Shown: positions 35,510 through 45,828, counted from the stretch's first letter. The stretch: 64,000 nucleotides of DNA from Candidatus Nomurabacteria bacterium (GCA_052035405.1 JBPOHQ010000008.1:32893-96892), one strand, 5' to 3'. Translations and numbers: made by a program. The notes: a model not told the origin generated them from the sequence alone.

Positions 35510-35558
35510 GGCTTTAAAAGTTGTTTGCCTTTCATGTTCGACGTGATATGATACGTCT

Positions 35559-35918
35559 ATGCCACTAGATAAAAAGAAAATTAAAGAAAAATTAGAAAAA
35601 GAAAGAGATGTTTTAATAGAACAGCTGAAAGATATGGGTAAAATGAACCCAAAGACCGGTGAATGGGAGGTGACTCAAGAAGATTTAGGTTATAAAGATA
35701 CAGACCAGAATGACCTCGCTGACAAATTTGAAGACTTTGAATCCAAAAGTTCAATGATGGAAGTTTTAGAACCTAGACTCAATAGTATTTTAGGAGCGTT
35801 AAAAAACATAAACAAAGAGTCTTTTGGTGTTTGTAAAGTTTGTAAAAAAGACATCGAAGCAGCACGACTTGCAGCAAACCCTGCAGCACGGACTTGTAAA
35901 AAACATTTAGAAAGTTAA
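35559..35918 (+). CDS. DksA/TraR family zinc-finger protein
   Basis: Coiled coil with D.ND.AD, then FGVCKVC..I...RL.ANPAARTC..H. Confidence 0.85.
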   Translation: MPLDKKKIKEKLEKERDVLIEQLKDMGKMNPKTGEWEVTQEDLGYKDTDQNDLADKFEDFESKSSMMEVLEPRLNSILGALKNINKESFGVCKVCKKDIEAARLAANPAARTCKKHLES

Positions 35919-35930
35919 TTTGAATTAAAC

Positions 35931-37484
35931 ATGAGCTTTGCACGGGTTTACTCTGCACAAGTACATCTATTAACAGGAGTCATCGTCACCATAGAGGTGG
36001 ATTTGTCTCGTGGACTTCATGCTTTTAATGTTGTTGGCTTGCCTGATAAAGCAGTAGATGAGGCAAAAGATAGAGTGAGTAGTGCAATAAAAAACTCAGG
36101 TTTTAAGTCTCCAAAAGCTCAAAATCAAAAGATAATAGTTTCTCTGTCTCCGGCGGACCTTAAAAAAGAGGGTCCGTCTTTTGATTTACCCATAGCTCTC
36201 GCGTATATGCTTTCCTCTGGGGATATAGAGTTTGATAGCGAGAAGAAGATATTTTTCGGAGAGCTCGGACTCGATGGGACCCTCCGACCAATTAAAGGCA
36301 CACTACCTCTCGTCCAAGAAGCCAAAAAAGTAGGCTTTGAAGAAATCTACCTACCAATAGAAAATGCTGTTGAGGCAGCTCTCATAGAAGGAGTAAAAAT
36401 ATTTGGTGCAAAGAACCTCAAAGAAGTAGTAGGGCATTTGGATGAGAGTAATAAAAATTTTGAAAATAAAGAAATAAGTAAAATTGAAATTCAACCGAAG
36501 ACAGAAATAGTATACGAAGAAGTTTTTCGTGGTACAGACTTTTCAGATATTCGTGGACAAGAAGGTGCAAAGAGAGGACTTGAGATCGCTGCCGCAGGTG
36601 GTCACAATATCGCAATGTATGGACCACCAGGTACAGGTAAGACAATGCTCGCTCGTGCGTTCTCTGCAATTTTGCCAGAACTTTCGACTGATGATGTTTT
36701 GGAAATTACAGGGATACATTCTATTGTCGGAGCGAATCGTGGAGAGCTCGTGTGCACTCCGCCATTTCGTGCACCACATCATACTTCATCATATGTGTCT
36801 CTTATTGGTGGAGGAACATTTCCAAAACCCGGAGAGGTGACGCTCGCTCACAAGGGAGTTTTATTTTTGGATGAATTTCCTGAATTCGAAAAAAGAGTTA
36901 TTGAAAGTTTACGACAACCACTTGAAGATAATATTGTATCAATTTCTCGTGCTCGTGGTTCTGCGATTTTTCCATCAAATTTTATTTTAGTCGCAGCGAT
37001 GAATCCTTGCCCATGCGGTAACACTGGATCGAAAAATAAAAATTGTGTTTGTAAGCCAAGCGACCTCGATCGATATAAAAGAAAACTCTCTGGACCTATC
37101 ATGGATCGCATTGATCTCTGGGTATCTGTCGGAGATATTGATTACAAAAAGTTAGGTGACGTAGGTACCGGAGAGAAGAGTGAAACAATAAAAGAGAGAG
37201 TGAAGTCTGCGAGAGAAATCCAGAAAAAAAGATTTGAAAATTTTGAAAGAAAGATACACACAAATAGTGAGATGAATGTAAAAGATTTGTCGAGGGTGGT
37301 AAAACTAAAAGACGAGGTCCGAGATCTTCTCGACAAGTCCGCAGAGTCACTTGGACTCTCTGCTCGAGCATATCATCGAGTTATAAAAATTGCTCAGACT
37401 ATCGCTGACCTCGAAAATTCTTTGGAGATAAATTCAAACCACATCCTAGAAGCGATCCAATACCGCCCGAAGGTTAATTTATAA
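35931..37484 (+). CDS. comM: ComM/YifB Mg-chelatase-like AAA+ ATPase
   Basis: VGLPDKAVDEAKDRV, LSPADLKKEG, GPPGTGKTM, PFRAPHH, LFLDEFPEF, AAMNPCPCG, LSARAYHR. Confidence 0.93.
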   Translation: MSFARVYSAQVHLLTGVIVTIEVDLSRGLHAFNVVGLPDKAVDEAKDRVSSAIKNSGFKSPKAQNQKIIVSLSPADLKKEGPSFDLPIALAYMLSSGDIEFDSEKKIFFGELGLDGTLRPIKGTLPLVQEAKKVGFEEIYLPIENAVEAALIEGVKIFGAKNLKEVVGHLDESNKNFENKEISKIEIQPKTEIVYEEVFRGTDFSDIRGQEGAKRGLEIAAAGGHNIAMYGPPGTGKTMLARAFSAILPELSTDDVLEITGIHSIVGANRGELVCTPPFRAPHHTSSYVSLIGGGTFPKPGEVTLAHKGVLFLDEFPEFEKRVIESLRQPLEDNIVSISRARGSAIFPSNFILVAAMNPCPCGNTGSKNKNCVCKPSDLDRYKRKLSGPIMDRIDLWVSVGDIDYKKLGDVGTGEKSETIKERVKSAREIQKKRFENFERKIHTNSEMNVKDLSRVVKLKDEVRDLLDKSAESLGLSARAYHRVIKIAQTIADLENSLEINSNHILEAIQYRPKVNL

Positions 37485-37504
37485 AAGTGTGTTAGTATCA
37501 AAAT

Positions 37505-38140
37505 ATGAAAAAGAAAATAATTATTTTTGATATGGATGGAGTGCTTTTTGATACAAATGAGATTGCTTCTCGGCACATGTCACTTCGATTCCCTGGTATC
37601 TCTGAAGAAATAAAATTAGAATTACTAACTGGAAATTTTCACGAAGAGTTAGAAAAACTTTCTTTAGAGCGAGTTCAAGAATCAGAAGAAGAAAAACTTG
37701 AAAGACAGGTTAGATATGTACATGAAAAATCACAAGCCCCGATGTATGATGGCATGAAAGAGTTGCTCAAAAAATTGCACGCAGAGGGATATTTTATTTG
37801 TCTGAATACTTCTGCGTGGGAGAGGAACACCTTGCCTCTTTTAGATAGGGTGGGGATAATTAGTTTATTTGATTTCCTTGGGACTGCTGAAGTTTCAAAA
37901 AGTAAATTAGAAAAATTTAAAATTATAAAGGACAAATATGAGGCAGACTTAAAGGACATGCTTTTTATAACGGACACCTCAGGAGACATCAGAGAGGCAA
38001 ACAGTGCTGGTGTTTCTACTGTCGCTGTAACATGGGGTGCACACGATGAAAGTTATTTTACTCGTGAACCATACGAACACCTACTTAAAATAATCCACTC
38101 TGTTCCCGAACTTGAGAGTTTCATAGAGAACTACCAGTAG
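37505..38140 (+). CDS. HAD-superfamily hydrolase
   Basis: IIFDMDGVLFDT motif I; FITDTSGDI motif IV; AVTWG. Confidence 0.88.
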   Translation: MKKKIIIFDMDGVLFDTNEIASRHMSLRFPGISEEIKLELLTGNFHEELEKLSLERVQESEEEKLERQVRYVHEKSQAPMYDGMKELLKKLHAEGYFICLNTSAWERNTLPLLDRVGIISLFDFLGTAEVSKSKLEKFKIIKDKYEADLKDMLFITDTSGDIREANSAGVSTVAVTWGAHDESYFTREPYEHLLKIIHSVPELESFIENYQ

Positions 38141-38476
38141 CGTGTACCAGTTAACTAGTTATTCAAAAATAACCATCTGTTTAACAACATCTTATGTTAC
38201 ACAGGGATGTTAATCATGAATTGATTACCTATAAATGGGGGCATCAAAAAAGTTTTGTGTTACGTGTTTCACAAGAATTAAAAGACATATAAATAAAAAA
38301 GAACCGCTTTGCAACATGATGTGCTGGCAGTTCTTAAGGTTTTCACTTTTGAAGATGTTGTACAATAATAAGAATGTTTATTACTATAAATACCACTGTC
38401 CCATAAAAATTAAGTCCCGTTTTTCCATTTGTGTTATGGAGGGTACGGTGGGCGGGTGGGAAGAAGCATAAGATTT

Positions 38477-39309
38477 TTATTTATACATATAAGGAAATAC
38501 ATTCATCACATAATGCTTGAGCCCAGATATAAAAAGGGGGAGTTTTGCATTAATGTAGTTTCTGTAAGTTAAAACAAGCTCGGAATCCTCACTGGATACT
38601 TCTGTCTTACAGATATAGGCGATTGGTTTACCATCATCTATGTTTGTGTTTACAAAGTGAAGTGTTGCACCGGTGTATACTGGACTATTTTGTTGCCGAG
38701 CAAAAGCGATTGCATCTCCTACTGGATTTGCTCCACGGAAACAAAATGGTTCGTCTAATAAGGTTGGACCAGGATGGATGTTTAAAACTTTTCCATACAT
38801 ACCTAGTGTGCCAATAAGGTACTCGATAATAGCCATATAGGAATCGGATATAATTATATCCACCCCTATTTCGTTTGCTTTTTCCAAAACTTTTTTTCAA
38901 AAGTCAGTTTAGCAATTTTGCGAGAATCTATATTCTGTTTCGGAAGTTCTCTAAAATGAGAAGGAATATTCCAAACAGGGATTCCTAAATCAAGTGGAAA
39001 AATCCACGGTCCACCATTTTCAGGTAGAAGCGGAAAGTTTCCTTTCAAGTCTTCTTCGGTGTCATCAACAATAACACCTCTAACTTCAACAAGTCCGTGT
39101 AGTATTCCTCCGTGTCTGGTTTCCTTTTTTGTTCTTTCAATGACTCCTTCCATGTATTGAAAGTTGCCGTCTACTAAAATTTTCTGCCCATTGTACTCTT
39201 CGAGAGCTATGTCTCGAAGAGAGGTTAAAAAAAGCACACCCAAAGGTTTGCCAGGAATCACGTCTTGGACAAGTGCTTCTTTTGCGAAGAAAAACAAGGC
39301 TCCTTCCAT
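38477..39309 (-). pseudogene. PurN-like formyltransferase split into two overlapping ORFs by a -1 shift at an A7 run (pseudogene, slippage site or programmed frameshift)
   Basis: The 3' ORF has LNIHPG and TGATLHFV...IDDG.PI. One extra A at 38891-38897 gives the continuous FEKKVLEKANEIGVDIIISDSYM, matching the PurN pattern. Confidence 0.7.
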
Positions 39310-39449
39310 TTTTTTATTTTTAAGTAACGAGTCGGTTTTATCTGCCGAAACAGTTCCCAGAGAGTTCTAGTATTTTCTAAGTTTTTTATATCATATTAAT
39401 ATAAAAAGTAAAGTTTTATGAATATCTTTGTATCTGTTATACTCAAAAA

Positions 39450-40115
39450 ATGATTTTCCCAAAATTAAAAAATAAAGTTTTTGGTTATGTGGATCTAAAT
39501 CTGGAAGCAGAAGAGTGGATAGAGAAAAAAGGTTTGATTGTTTCAGAGTTAGAAAATCCATTGATTGATCCAAAAGTTTGTGAAGAATTTGTGAATGATG
39601 TACATAAAAAATATTCTTTGGATTTTTCTTATGGAGGGTGGATGGAAGATAGGTCTTTTTTATGGAAAGCTGGGTATTTAGAAAAAGAAAAAATGTTTAT
39701 TCATCTAGGTGTAGATATCAATGTGCCTGTAGGGACTGAAGTCGCCACAGATTTTAAAGCAGAAGTATTAAAAATAGACAATGACTATCCTCTCGATGGT
39801 GGTTGGGGCACACATGTTTTTTTAAAGAATTTAGAAAAAGACGTTTGTGTGTTGTACGCACACTTAGATCAAGAAGTTTTTTGTAAGGAAGGGGATGTTT
39901 TAGAAAAAGATACTATTTTTGCAAAAGTTGGAGAAGCCCCTTTTAATGGTAATTGGTTTCCTCATGTACACGTACAAACTATTAGTATAGAGTATTATGA
40001 ACAACTGAAACAAACAAATGATTGGGAACGTTTTGATGGTTATGGACTGAAAAACGATAGTAGAGAAAATGCTCGTAAGCATAGAGATCCTCTAGGGTTT
40101 ATTTCTCTCACTTAG
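39450..40115 (+). CDS. Stand-alone M23-family peptidase domain protein
   Basis: IHLGVD, GGWG, LYAHL, NGNWFPHVHVQ; no signal peptide seen. Confidence 0.75.
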   Translation: MIFPKLKNKVFGYVDLNLEAEEWIEKKGLIVSELENPLIDPKVCEEFVNDVHKKYSLDFSYGGWMEDRSFLWKAGYLEKEKMFIHLGVDINVPVGTEVATDFKAEVLKIDNDYPLDGGWGTHVFLKNLEKDVCVLYAHLDQEVFCKEGDVLEKDTIFAKVGEAPFNGNWFPHVHVQTISIEYYEQLKQTNDWERFDGYGLKNDSRENARKHRDPLGFISLT

Positions 40116-40135
40116 TTTATCCACAGGTGTTTTTG

Positions 40136-40164
40136 TTGACAGTGAACGAGCGTTCACCTATACT
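40136..40164 (+). promoter_or_regulatory. Sigma70 promoter whose spacer is a LexA (SOS) box; DnaA box at 40117-40125
   Basis: TTGACA-GTGAACGAGCGTTCACC-TATACT; GAAC-N4-GTTC palindrome upstream of lexA. Confidence 0.8.
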
Positions 40165-40251
40165 ATATGCATAGGTCGCTTTATAAAATTTAATAGACCG
40201 AGCCGTGTTTCTTTCTTTGACATACGGCTTGTGTCTGAATAAAAGTAACAC

Positions 40252-40455
40252 ATGTCACAAACACAATATTTAAGTTTCTTAGAAAGAGAGATAAACAAAC
40301 TAAATAAGATTATTGACTATAAAATAATTCATCAAGAAAATTATTCAAAAGAGGCGAGAGACCACAAACTTCTTTTAAAGAAAGTTCGCTATCACTCACG
40401 TTCCCGTTTGAACTTTTTTCAGAGGTTTTTTCAAGTTCAAAAGTTTCAATTTTAA
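40252..40455 (+). CDS. Small basic hypothetical protein, first gene of the lexA operon
   Basis: 67-aa ORF ending 3 bp before lexA, downstream of the SOS-box promoter. Confidence 0.6.
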   Translation: MSQTQYLSFLEREINKLNKIIDYKIIHQENYSKEARDHKLLLKKVRYHSRSRLNFFQRFFQVQKFQF

Positions 40456-40458
40456 TAT

Positions 40459-41025
40459 ATGGAGAATTCGTATCAAGACAAAATTCAAAATTTTTATTCT
40501 AAGAATAAACGAATGCCGACATACTCGGAGATGATGAAGCTTTTCGGATTGAAGTCTAAAAATGCAATTTACAAAATTGTGAATAAATTAGAAGAAGCAG
40601 GAATGGTTGCAAAGGATCATCTAGGAAGACTCATTCCTACACAATCCTTTGGAGAGATTCCTATGCTTGGACTTGTGAAAGCAGGTTTCCCGTCTGATGC
40701 CGAAGAGCAAGTTCTCGACACTATGAGCCTTGATGACCTACTTATAGGGAAAAAAGAACTAACTTATATGCTTGAGGTAGATGGAGACTCGATGATCGAA
40801 GCACATATACAAAAAGGAGACACAGTGCTTGTCGAGAAAACTAATTCTGCAAAAGACGGAGAAATAGTCATCGCTGAAGTAGACGGAGAGTTTACTATGA
40901 AATATTTCAAAACTAAAAATGGCAAAGTCTGGCTCGAACCCGCTAATAAGAATTTTAAAAACATATACCCTACTCAGAGCCTAAACGTAATAGCAAAAGT
41001 AAAAGCGGTGATTAGGAAATATTAA
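40459..41025 (+). CDS. lexA: LexA repressor (S24 peptidase)
   Basis: N-terminal PT..E....FG..S wHTH, Ala-Gly cleavage site (VKAGFP), catalytic GDSM Ser and FTMK Lys. Confidence 0.88.
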   Translation: MENSYQDKIQNFYSKNKRMPTYSEMMKLFGLKSKNAIYKIVNKLEEAGMVAKDHLGRLIPTQSFGEIPMLGLVKAGFPSDAEEQVLDTMSLDDLLIGKKELTYMLEVDGDSMIEAHIQKGDTVLVEKTNSAKDGEIVIAEVDGEFTMKYFKTKNGKVWLEPANKNFKNIYPTQSLNVIAKVKAVIRKY

Positions 41026-41049
41026 CCAAAAAATTGTTATAATGAGTAT

Positions 41050-42102
41050 ATGTCTGCAGTTACTGGGTTAAAATCTAATTTAATAAATTTGTCGAACAAG
41101 CGTCCTCTTTCAGGCACTAAAGAATCTCTGAAATTTATTGATTTTTGTGCTGGGATTGGTGCTGGACGTATCGGCTTGGAAAAAAATGGACTAACTTGTG
41201 TTGGATTTTCTGAAATAGACAAACAAGCTGAATTAACTTATAGAAAGCTTTTTGGTGATGAGGAAATAAATTACGGAGATTTGATGAAAATAGACGCAAA
41301 CAAGTTGCCTGATTTTGATATGATGATTGCCGGCTTTCCTTGTCAAAGTTTTTCCGTTATTGGTCAAAGAAAGGGTATGCAAGATGAACGTGGGCAGATT
41401 ATTTATGGCCTTACTAAGATAATGCGTTCAAAAAATCTCAAATACTTTATCTTAGAAAATGTGAAGGGGCTTACTAATCATGAAAAAGGTAATTCACTCA
41501 AGATTATTTTAAACGAATTAGACAGGGTTGGGTATAAAGTTTTCCATAAAGTGTTGAATAGCATTGACTACGGTGTACCGCAAATGCGTGAGAGAATTTA
41601 CCTTGTTGGTATTAGAAAGGATTTAGTGCCTAAAAATTTTGAATTTAATTTTCCAGAACCTCAATCAAAAGTAGACGTAAAACATTACTTAATTGATCCA
41701 AGGGAGTCTGAATTTAAAGAAAATAAAGTTGTTTATGCAACATTTTTAAGATATCTAAAAAATAAGTACAACAATAATCAGTATTCCGTTAAGAGTTTTC
41801 TTAAACAAGAATATGTAATATTGGACACAAGGCAGTCTGATTTAAGGATTTATCATAATAGAGTGCCTACTCTCAGGACAGGTAGACATGGTATTTTATA
41901 TGTAAGAGATGGAAAATTTAGAAAACTATCCGGAGTTGAGTCTTTGTTGTTGCAAGGTTTTCCTAAAGATCTTATTAAGAGAGTAGATGGATATATCAAT
42001 GAAAATTATCTGCTGAAGCAGGCTGGGAATGCTATGACTGTTAACACTATTGAAGCTATTTCTAGAGAGTTGTTTAAGACATTGAAAAAATATGAACAAT
42101 AA
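41050..42102 (+). CDS. C5-cytosine DNA methyltransferase of a type II R-M system
   Basis: DFCAGIG (I), GFPCQSFS (IV), ENVKGL (VI), PQMRERIY (VIII), QAGNAM (X). Confidence 0.93.
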   Translation: MSAVTGLKSNLINLSNKRPLSGTKESLKFIDFCAGIGAGRIGLEKNGLTCVGFSEIDKQAELTYRKLFGDEEINYGDLMKIDANKLPDFDMMIAGFPCQSFSVIGQRKGMQDERGQIIYGLTKIMRSKNLKYFILENVKGLTNHEKGNSLKIILNELDRVGYKVFHKVLNSIDYGVPQMRERIYLVGIRKDLVPKNFEFNFPEPQSKVDVKHYLIDPRESEFKENKVVYATFLRYLKNKYNNNQYSVKSFLKQEYVILDTRQSDLRIYHNRVPTLRTGRHGILYVRDGKFRKLSGVESLLLQGFPKDLIKRVDGYINENYLLKQAGNAMTVNTIEAISRELFKTLKKYEQ

Positions 42103-42871
42103 AAAGAAAAACCAGAAAGAAATGGTGGCTCTTGGCTCAAAAACCGCAAAGGGCGGGTTTGCAAACGAGCAGGACGTTATTAATCGATTTAATAATTGGA
42201 AGACCGATATGATTGCTCAAGAATGGTTAGCAGAAATGAATTACAAAATAGACGATATTGAGTTTGTGCAAGCTTCAAAAGTGAAAGGTCAATATAAAGC
42301 CGATATTCAGGTTAGGATAACTATATTAATAAAACAACAATCTCAAGAGGATGTGCAGAATTTACAGGTGAAGCTCGTGAGTAATCCGCAAGGATTTAAT
42401 CAAATAGATAAAAGATGGGTTGATAAATATGTGGAACTTTGGAATATCCCCGCTGACGTATCAAGGATACTTAAGCTTTTTACTGGTGAAATAGCTTCCT
42501 CAAAAAGCGGTTTAAGAGATCCGCGAAGAATGTTTTTAGATGAAATGAGTGTGTCTGACCAAGATAAACTTATAAAATTTATAGAGGGAAACAAGATCTT
42601 GATTATTTCAGATTTATTAAAAGGTAGAGGGGAATTTTCTGCAGATTGGACATTGGTTATTTTAAAAGTTACAGGAGATGATGCTTGGGTTTTAAGATCA
42701 GTAAATCACGTTATGAATGTTTTTGGTTCAGGTGAAGTCCTAATTACTCGTAAGGGTAGTTTGAATATTGGTAATATTACCATGCAAAGAAAAGGGGGAG
42801 ATGGAGGTCGCAAAACAGCTCAAATGCTTCAATTTAAAATAAATCCTGTCTTGTTATTTGATAGTAAATAA
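42092..42871 (+). CDS. HinP1I-family type II restriction endonuclease (predicted GCGC)
   Basis: LGSKTAKGGF.NE, QVKLVSN..GFNQIDK.W and QRKGGD.GR.TA.MLQFKI.P resemble R.HinP1I as recalled; overlaps the MTase stop. Confidence 0.8.
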   Translation: MNNKKKNQKEMVALGSKTAKGGFANEQDVINRFNNWKTDMIAQEWLAEMNYKIDDIEFVQASKVKGQYKADIQVRITILIKQQSQEDVQNLQVKLVSNPQGFNQIDKRWVDKYVELWNIPADVSRILKLFTGEIASSKSGLRDPRRMFLDEMSVSDQDKLIKFIEGNKILIISDLLKGRGEFSADWTLVILKVTGDDAWVLRSVNHVMNVFGSGEVLITRKGSLNIGNITMQRKGGDGGRKTAQMLQFKINPVLLFDSK

Positions 42872-42880
42872 ATAAATTTC

Positions 42881-42917
42881 AAAAACAAAAACCCCGATAA
42901 ACGGGGTTTTTGTTTTT
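42881..42917. terminator. Bidirectional intrinsic terminator
   Basis: AAAACAAAAACCCCG-ataaa-CGGGGTTTTTGTTTT. Confidence 0.85.
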
Positions 42918-42945
42918 GTCTCGAGACAAATAGTTTTTCCTAATA

Positions 42946-43218
42946 TTATTCGACTGCGTCTTTTAGAGCTTTTGCAGGTCGGAATTTTGGAACTTTCTTT
43001 GCAGCAACCTTAACTTGCTCTCCAGTCTTTGGATTACGAGCCATTCTTGCAGCACGTCCTTTTACAGAGAAGATTCCGAATCCAGCGATTGATACTTCAC
43101 CTCCTTTTTTTAAAGTTGCGATGATTGCATCAAACAATCCATCTACGATTTCTTCTGCTTGTACTTTTGTTCCTCCTAGTTTTCCTTGTACCCATTCAGC
43201 TAATGCTTGTTTATTCAT
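42946..43218 (-). CDS. hup: HU DNA-binding protein
   Basis: MNK..L, GFGIFSV..RAARMARNPKTGE, VPKFRPAKALKDAV. Confidence 0.95.
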   Translation of the reverse strand: MNKQALAEWVQGKLGGTKVQAEEIVDGLFDAIIATLKKGGEVSIAGFGIFSVKGRAARMARNPKTGEQVKVAAKKVPKFRPAKALKDAVE

Positions 43219-43403
43219 ATGTTTTATATTTTTATTTTTTAAGTTAACCTAATACTTTTAGAAAGTATTAAGGCAAATATTTTTAATATCTCGACCTATG
43301 CTTACTTATACATTATACAATAAGGGTTTTTTAACGGCAATGATTTTATAAGTTGACTTATCTAATATATGTTGTTTAAAAAATGTATTTTTGTCATTTT
43401 TTA

Positions 43404-43439
43404 AACGAAAAAGACCTTATTGTAAGGGTCTTTTTCGTT
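43404..43439 (-). terminator. Intrinsic terminator after rny
   Basis: AACGAAAAAGACCTTA-ttg-TAAGGGTCTTTTTCGTT. Confidence 0.7.
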
Positions 43440-43449
43440 GTTATATAGA

Positions 43450-44979
43450 TTATCTAGCGTATTCAATAATCTTTGTTTCACGGATGAGAGTTACCTTTAT
43501 TTCACCAGGGTATTTAAGTTCTTGTTCTATTTTTAGAGCTATATCTCGAGCCATGAGCTTGGATTCAACATCAGATATTTTCTCAGGGGTAACAAAGATT
43601 CTAATCTCACGTCCTGCTGAGAGAGCATAAGATTTTTCTACTCCTTCAAAGCCGTTTACTAATGCCTCTAATTCTTTTAATCTCTTTAGATAATTCTCCA
43701 CTGAGTCACGTCGTGCTCCAGGTCGTCCTCCGGAGATAGCGTCTGCTGTCTGCACAATGATAGATTCTATCGTTTCATAAGGGTAATCCTCATGGTGAGA
43801 TTTCATTGCGGTCACTATTCTTTCATCTGCACCAAATTTCTGAAGGATTCTCATACCTATTTCGACGTGTGTACCTTGTACTTCGTGGTCGAGAGCTTTT
43901 CCTATATCATGCACTAGTGCTCCAGCTTTTGCTATTGCTACGTCTGCACCGAGCTCTTCTGCAAGCATTCCAGCGATATGAGCCATTTCTATAGAGTGTT
44001 GGAGAACATTTTGTCCGTAACTAGTTCGGAAGTACAAACGTCCAATGATAGCGACTATGCGTGGGTCAAAGTTGAATATTCCACATTCATATACTGCTTG
44101 TTCTCCTTTTTCTTTTATTATCTTATTTATTTCTTCTTTTGCTTTTTCTACAAGTTCCTCAATTTTTGCTGGTTGAATTCGTCCATCTAAAATAAGATTC
44201 TCAAGAGCAAGACGAGCTACTTGTCTACGTACTGGGTCAAATGATGAGATAACTATTGAACCTGGAGTATCATCAACAATGAGTTCAACCCCTGCTGCTC
44301 TTTCAAATGATCGGATGTTTCTACCTTCTTTACCGATAATCTTACCTTTTATTTCATTATTCGGTATAGCGACAGTAGTTACCATAAGGTCTGCTGCAGT
44401 AGAAGAAGCAAGTCTCTGGATAGAAGTAGCGAGTATTTCTTTTGCTCTTCGGTCTAATTTTTCTTCATTGTTGTTTTCAACTTTAACCATACGAACAAGT
44501 AAGTCTTCTTCGTATTTCTTCTCAATCTCTTTCATGAGCTGTTCTTTTGCTTCTTCTTCAGAAAGTTTTGCTACTTTTTCAAGCTCAGCTCTCTTTTCAT
44601 TTTCAATATTTAAGACTTTCTCTTGAATTTTCTTGATCTCTTCGACTTTAAGCTTGATGTTTTCAACCTCTTTATCTATCTCTGTTTGACGACTATCTAG
44701 AAGTTCATCTTTCTTAATAAGTCTTTTTTCTGTCTCTTTAAATTCTTGCTCCCGCTTCTTTTCTTCTTCTGCTACTTTTGCAAGCTTTTCTTCAGATTTT
44801 GCCTTAGCTTCATCTGTGATTCTCTGTGCTTCTTCCTTTGCACCGATCATCATTTGCTTAATGTCTATTTCTATTGAGCGTCTCTTTCCAAGTGCTATGA
44901 AAAGTCGTAGGTAATATCCTATTACAACGCCCAAAAGAAGGAGTATCGCTCCTGTTATGATTATTGCTGTTAAACTCAT
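43450..44979 (-). CDS. rny: Ribonuclease Y
   Basis: N-terminal TM helix, coiled coil, KH (KGKIIGKEGRNIR), RTSYGQN, HD (HDIGKA), ADAISGGRPGAR. Confidence 0.96.
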   Translation of the reverse strand: MSLTAIIITGAILLLLGVVIGYYLRLFIALGKRRSIEIDIKQMMIGAKEEAQRITDEAKAKSEEKLAKVAEEEKKREQEFKETEKRLIKKDELLDSRQTEIDKEVENIKLKVEEIKKIQEKVLNIENEKRAELEKVAKLSEEEAKEQLMKEIEKKYEEDLLVRMVKVENNNEEKLDRRAKEILATSIQRLASSTAADLMVTTVAIPNNEIKGKIIGKEGRNIRSFERAAGVELIVDDTPGSIVISSFDPVRRQVARLALENLILDGRIQPAKIEELVEKAKEEINKIIKEKGEQAVYECGIFNFDPRIVAIIGRLYFRTSYGQNVLQHSIEMAHIAGMLAEELGADVAIAKAGALVHDIGKALDHEVQGTHVEIGMRILQKFGADERIVTAMKSHHEDYPYETIESIIVQTADAISGGRPGARRDSVENYLKRLKELEALVNGFEGVEKSYALSAGREIRIFVTPEKISDVESKLMARDIALKIEQELKYPGEIKVTLIRETKIIEYAR

Positions 44980-45222
44980 GGGGCTTATACCAGCCTATAA
45001 AAACAAACCACTATATTTTGAGGCTCAATTTCCGGATAAAAAGGGCGGTAATATCAAGTTTTTTCTTTAGTGAAATGTGTTTCGAAAACATATGTGGAGT
45101 ATTCCTATAAACCAATTTGAATAAATTTTTAAAATGTAGAACAACCTCAATATATCAGATATATTAAGGTTTGTCTATTTTGGTATTTTTTGTTTTTAGG
45201 ATATTTCCTGTTTAAAAAAGTA

Positions 45223-45828
45223 TTATTCGGAGACTTTTGCAAGAGGGGTCTTTGATTTGTTGACTATTTCGTCTACAATACCGTATTTTTTAGCTTCGCT
45301 GGCGTCCATCCAATTGTCTCTCTCTACGTCTTTTTCTATAGTAGCCAATTTCTGTCCAGTATTTTTAGCTAAAATGTCATTTAATTGAGCTCGTAGTTTC
45401 AATATGTGCTTGGCAGAAATTTCGATATCTGTAGCTTGACCATCAGCACCACCATGTGGTTGGTGAATCATAACTTCTGAATTAGGTAAGGCAAACCTTT
45501 TACCCTTAGCACCGCCAGCAAGCAGGAACGCACCCATTGAAGCTGCCATGCCTACGCAGATAGTAGAAACATCTGGCTTTACAAACTGCATTGTGTCATA
45601 GATAGCCAAACCAGCTGATACGGAACCACCTGGTGAATTTATATATAAATAAATATCTTTTTTAGCATCTTCGTTAGCCAAGAAAAGTATTTGTGCAATA
45701 ACAATATTGGCTACATGGTCATCTATTGGACCACCTAGAAATATGATACGATCTCGTAGTAGGCGAGAGTATATATCATAAGCCCGTTCGCCAAATTGTG
45801 ATTTTTCTATAACTGTTGGTATTAACAT
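45223..45828 (-). CDS. clpP: ATP-dependent Clp protease proteolytic subunit
   Basis: [32 protein letters not shown]. Confidence 0.97.
   Translation of the reverse strand: MLIPTVIEKSQFGERAYDIYSRLLRDRIIFLGGPIDDHVANIVIAQILFLANEDAKKDIYLYINSPGGSVSAGLAIYDTMQFVKPDVSTICVGMAASMGAFLLAGGAKGKRFALPNSEVMIHQPHGGADGQATDIEISAKHILKLRAQLNDILAKNTGQKLATIEKDVERDNWMDASEAKKYGIVDEIVNKSKTPLAKVSE

Noticed and set aside
38141-38476. Intergenic stretch as an ncRNA, or ORF 38235..38471 as a gene
   Set aside because: Only one or two weak hairpins, no clear promoter/terminator pair, and the ORF has no recognisable features.
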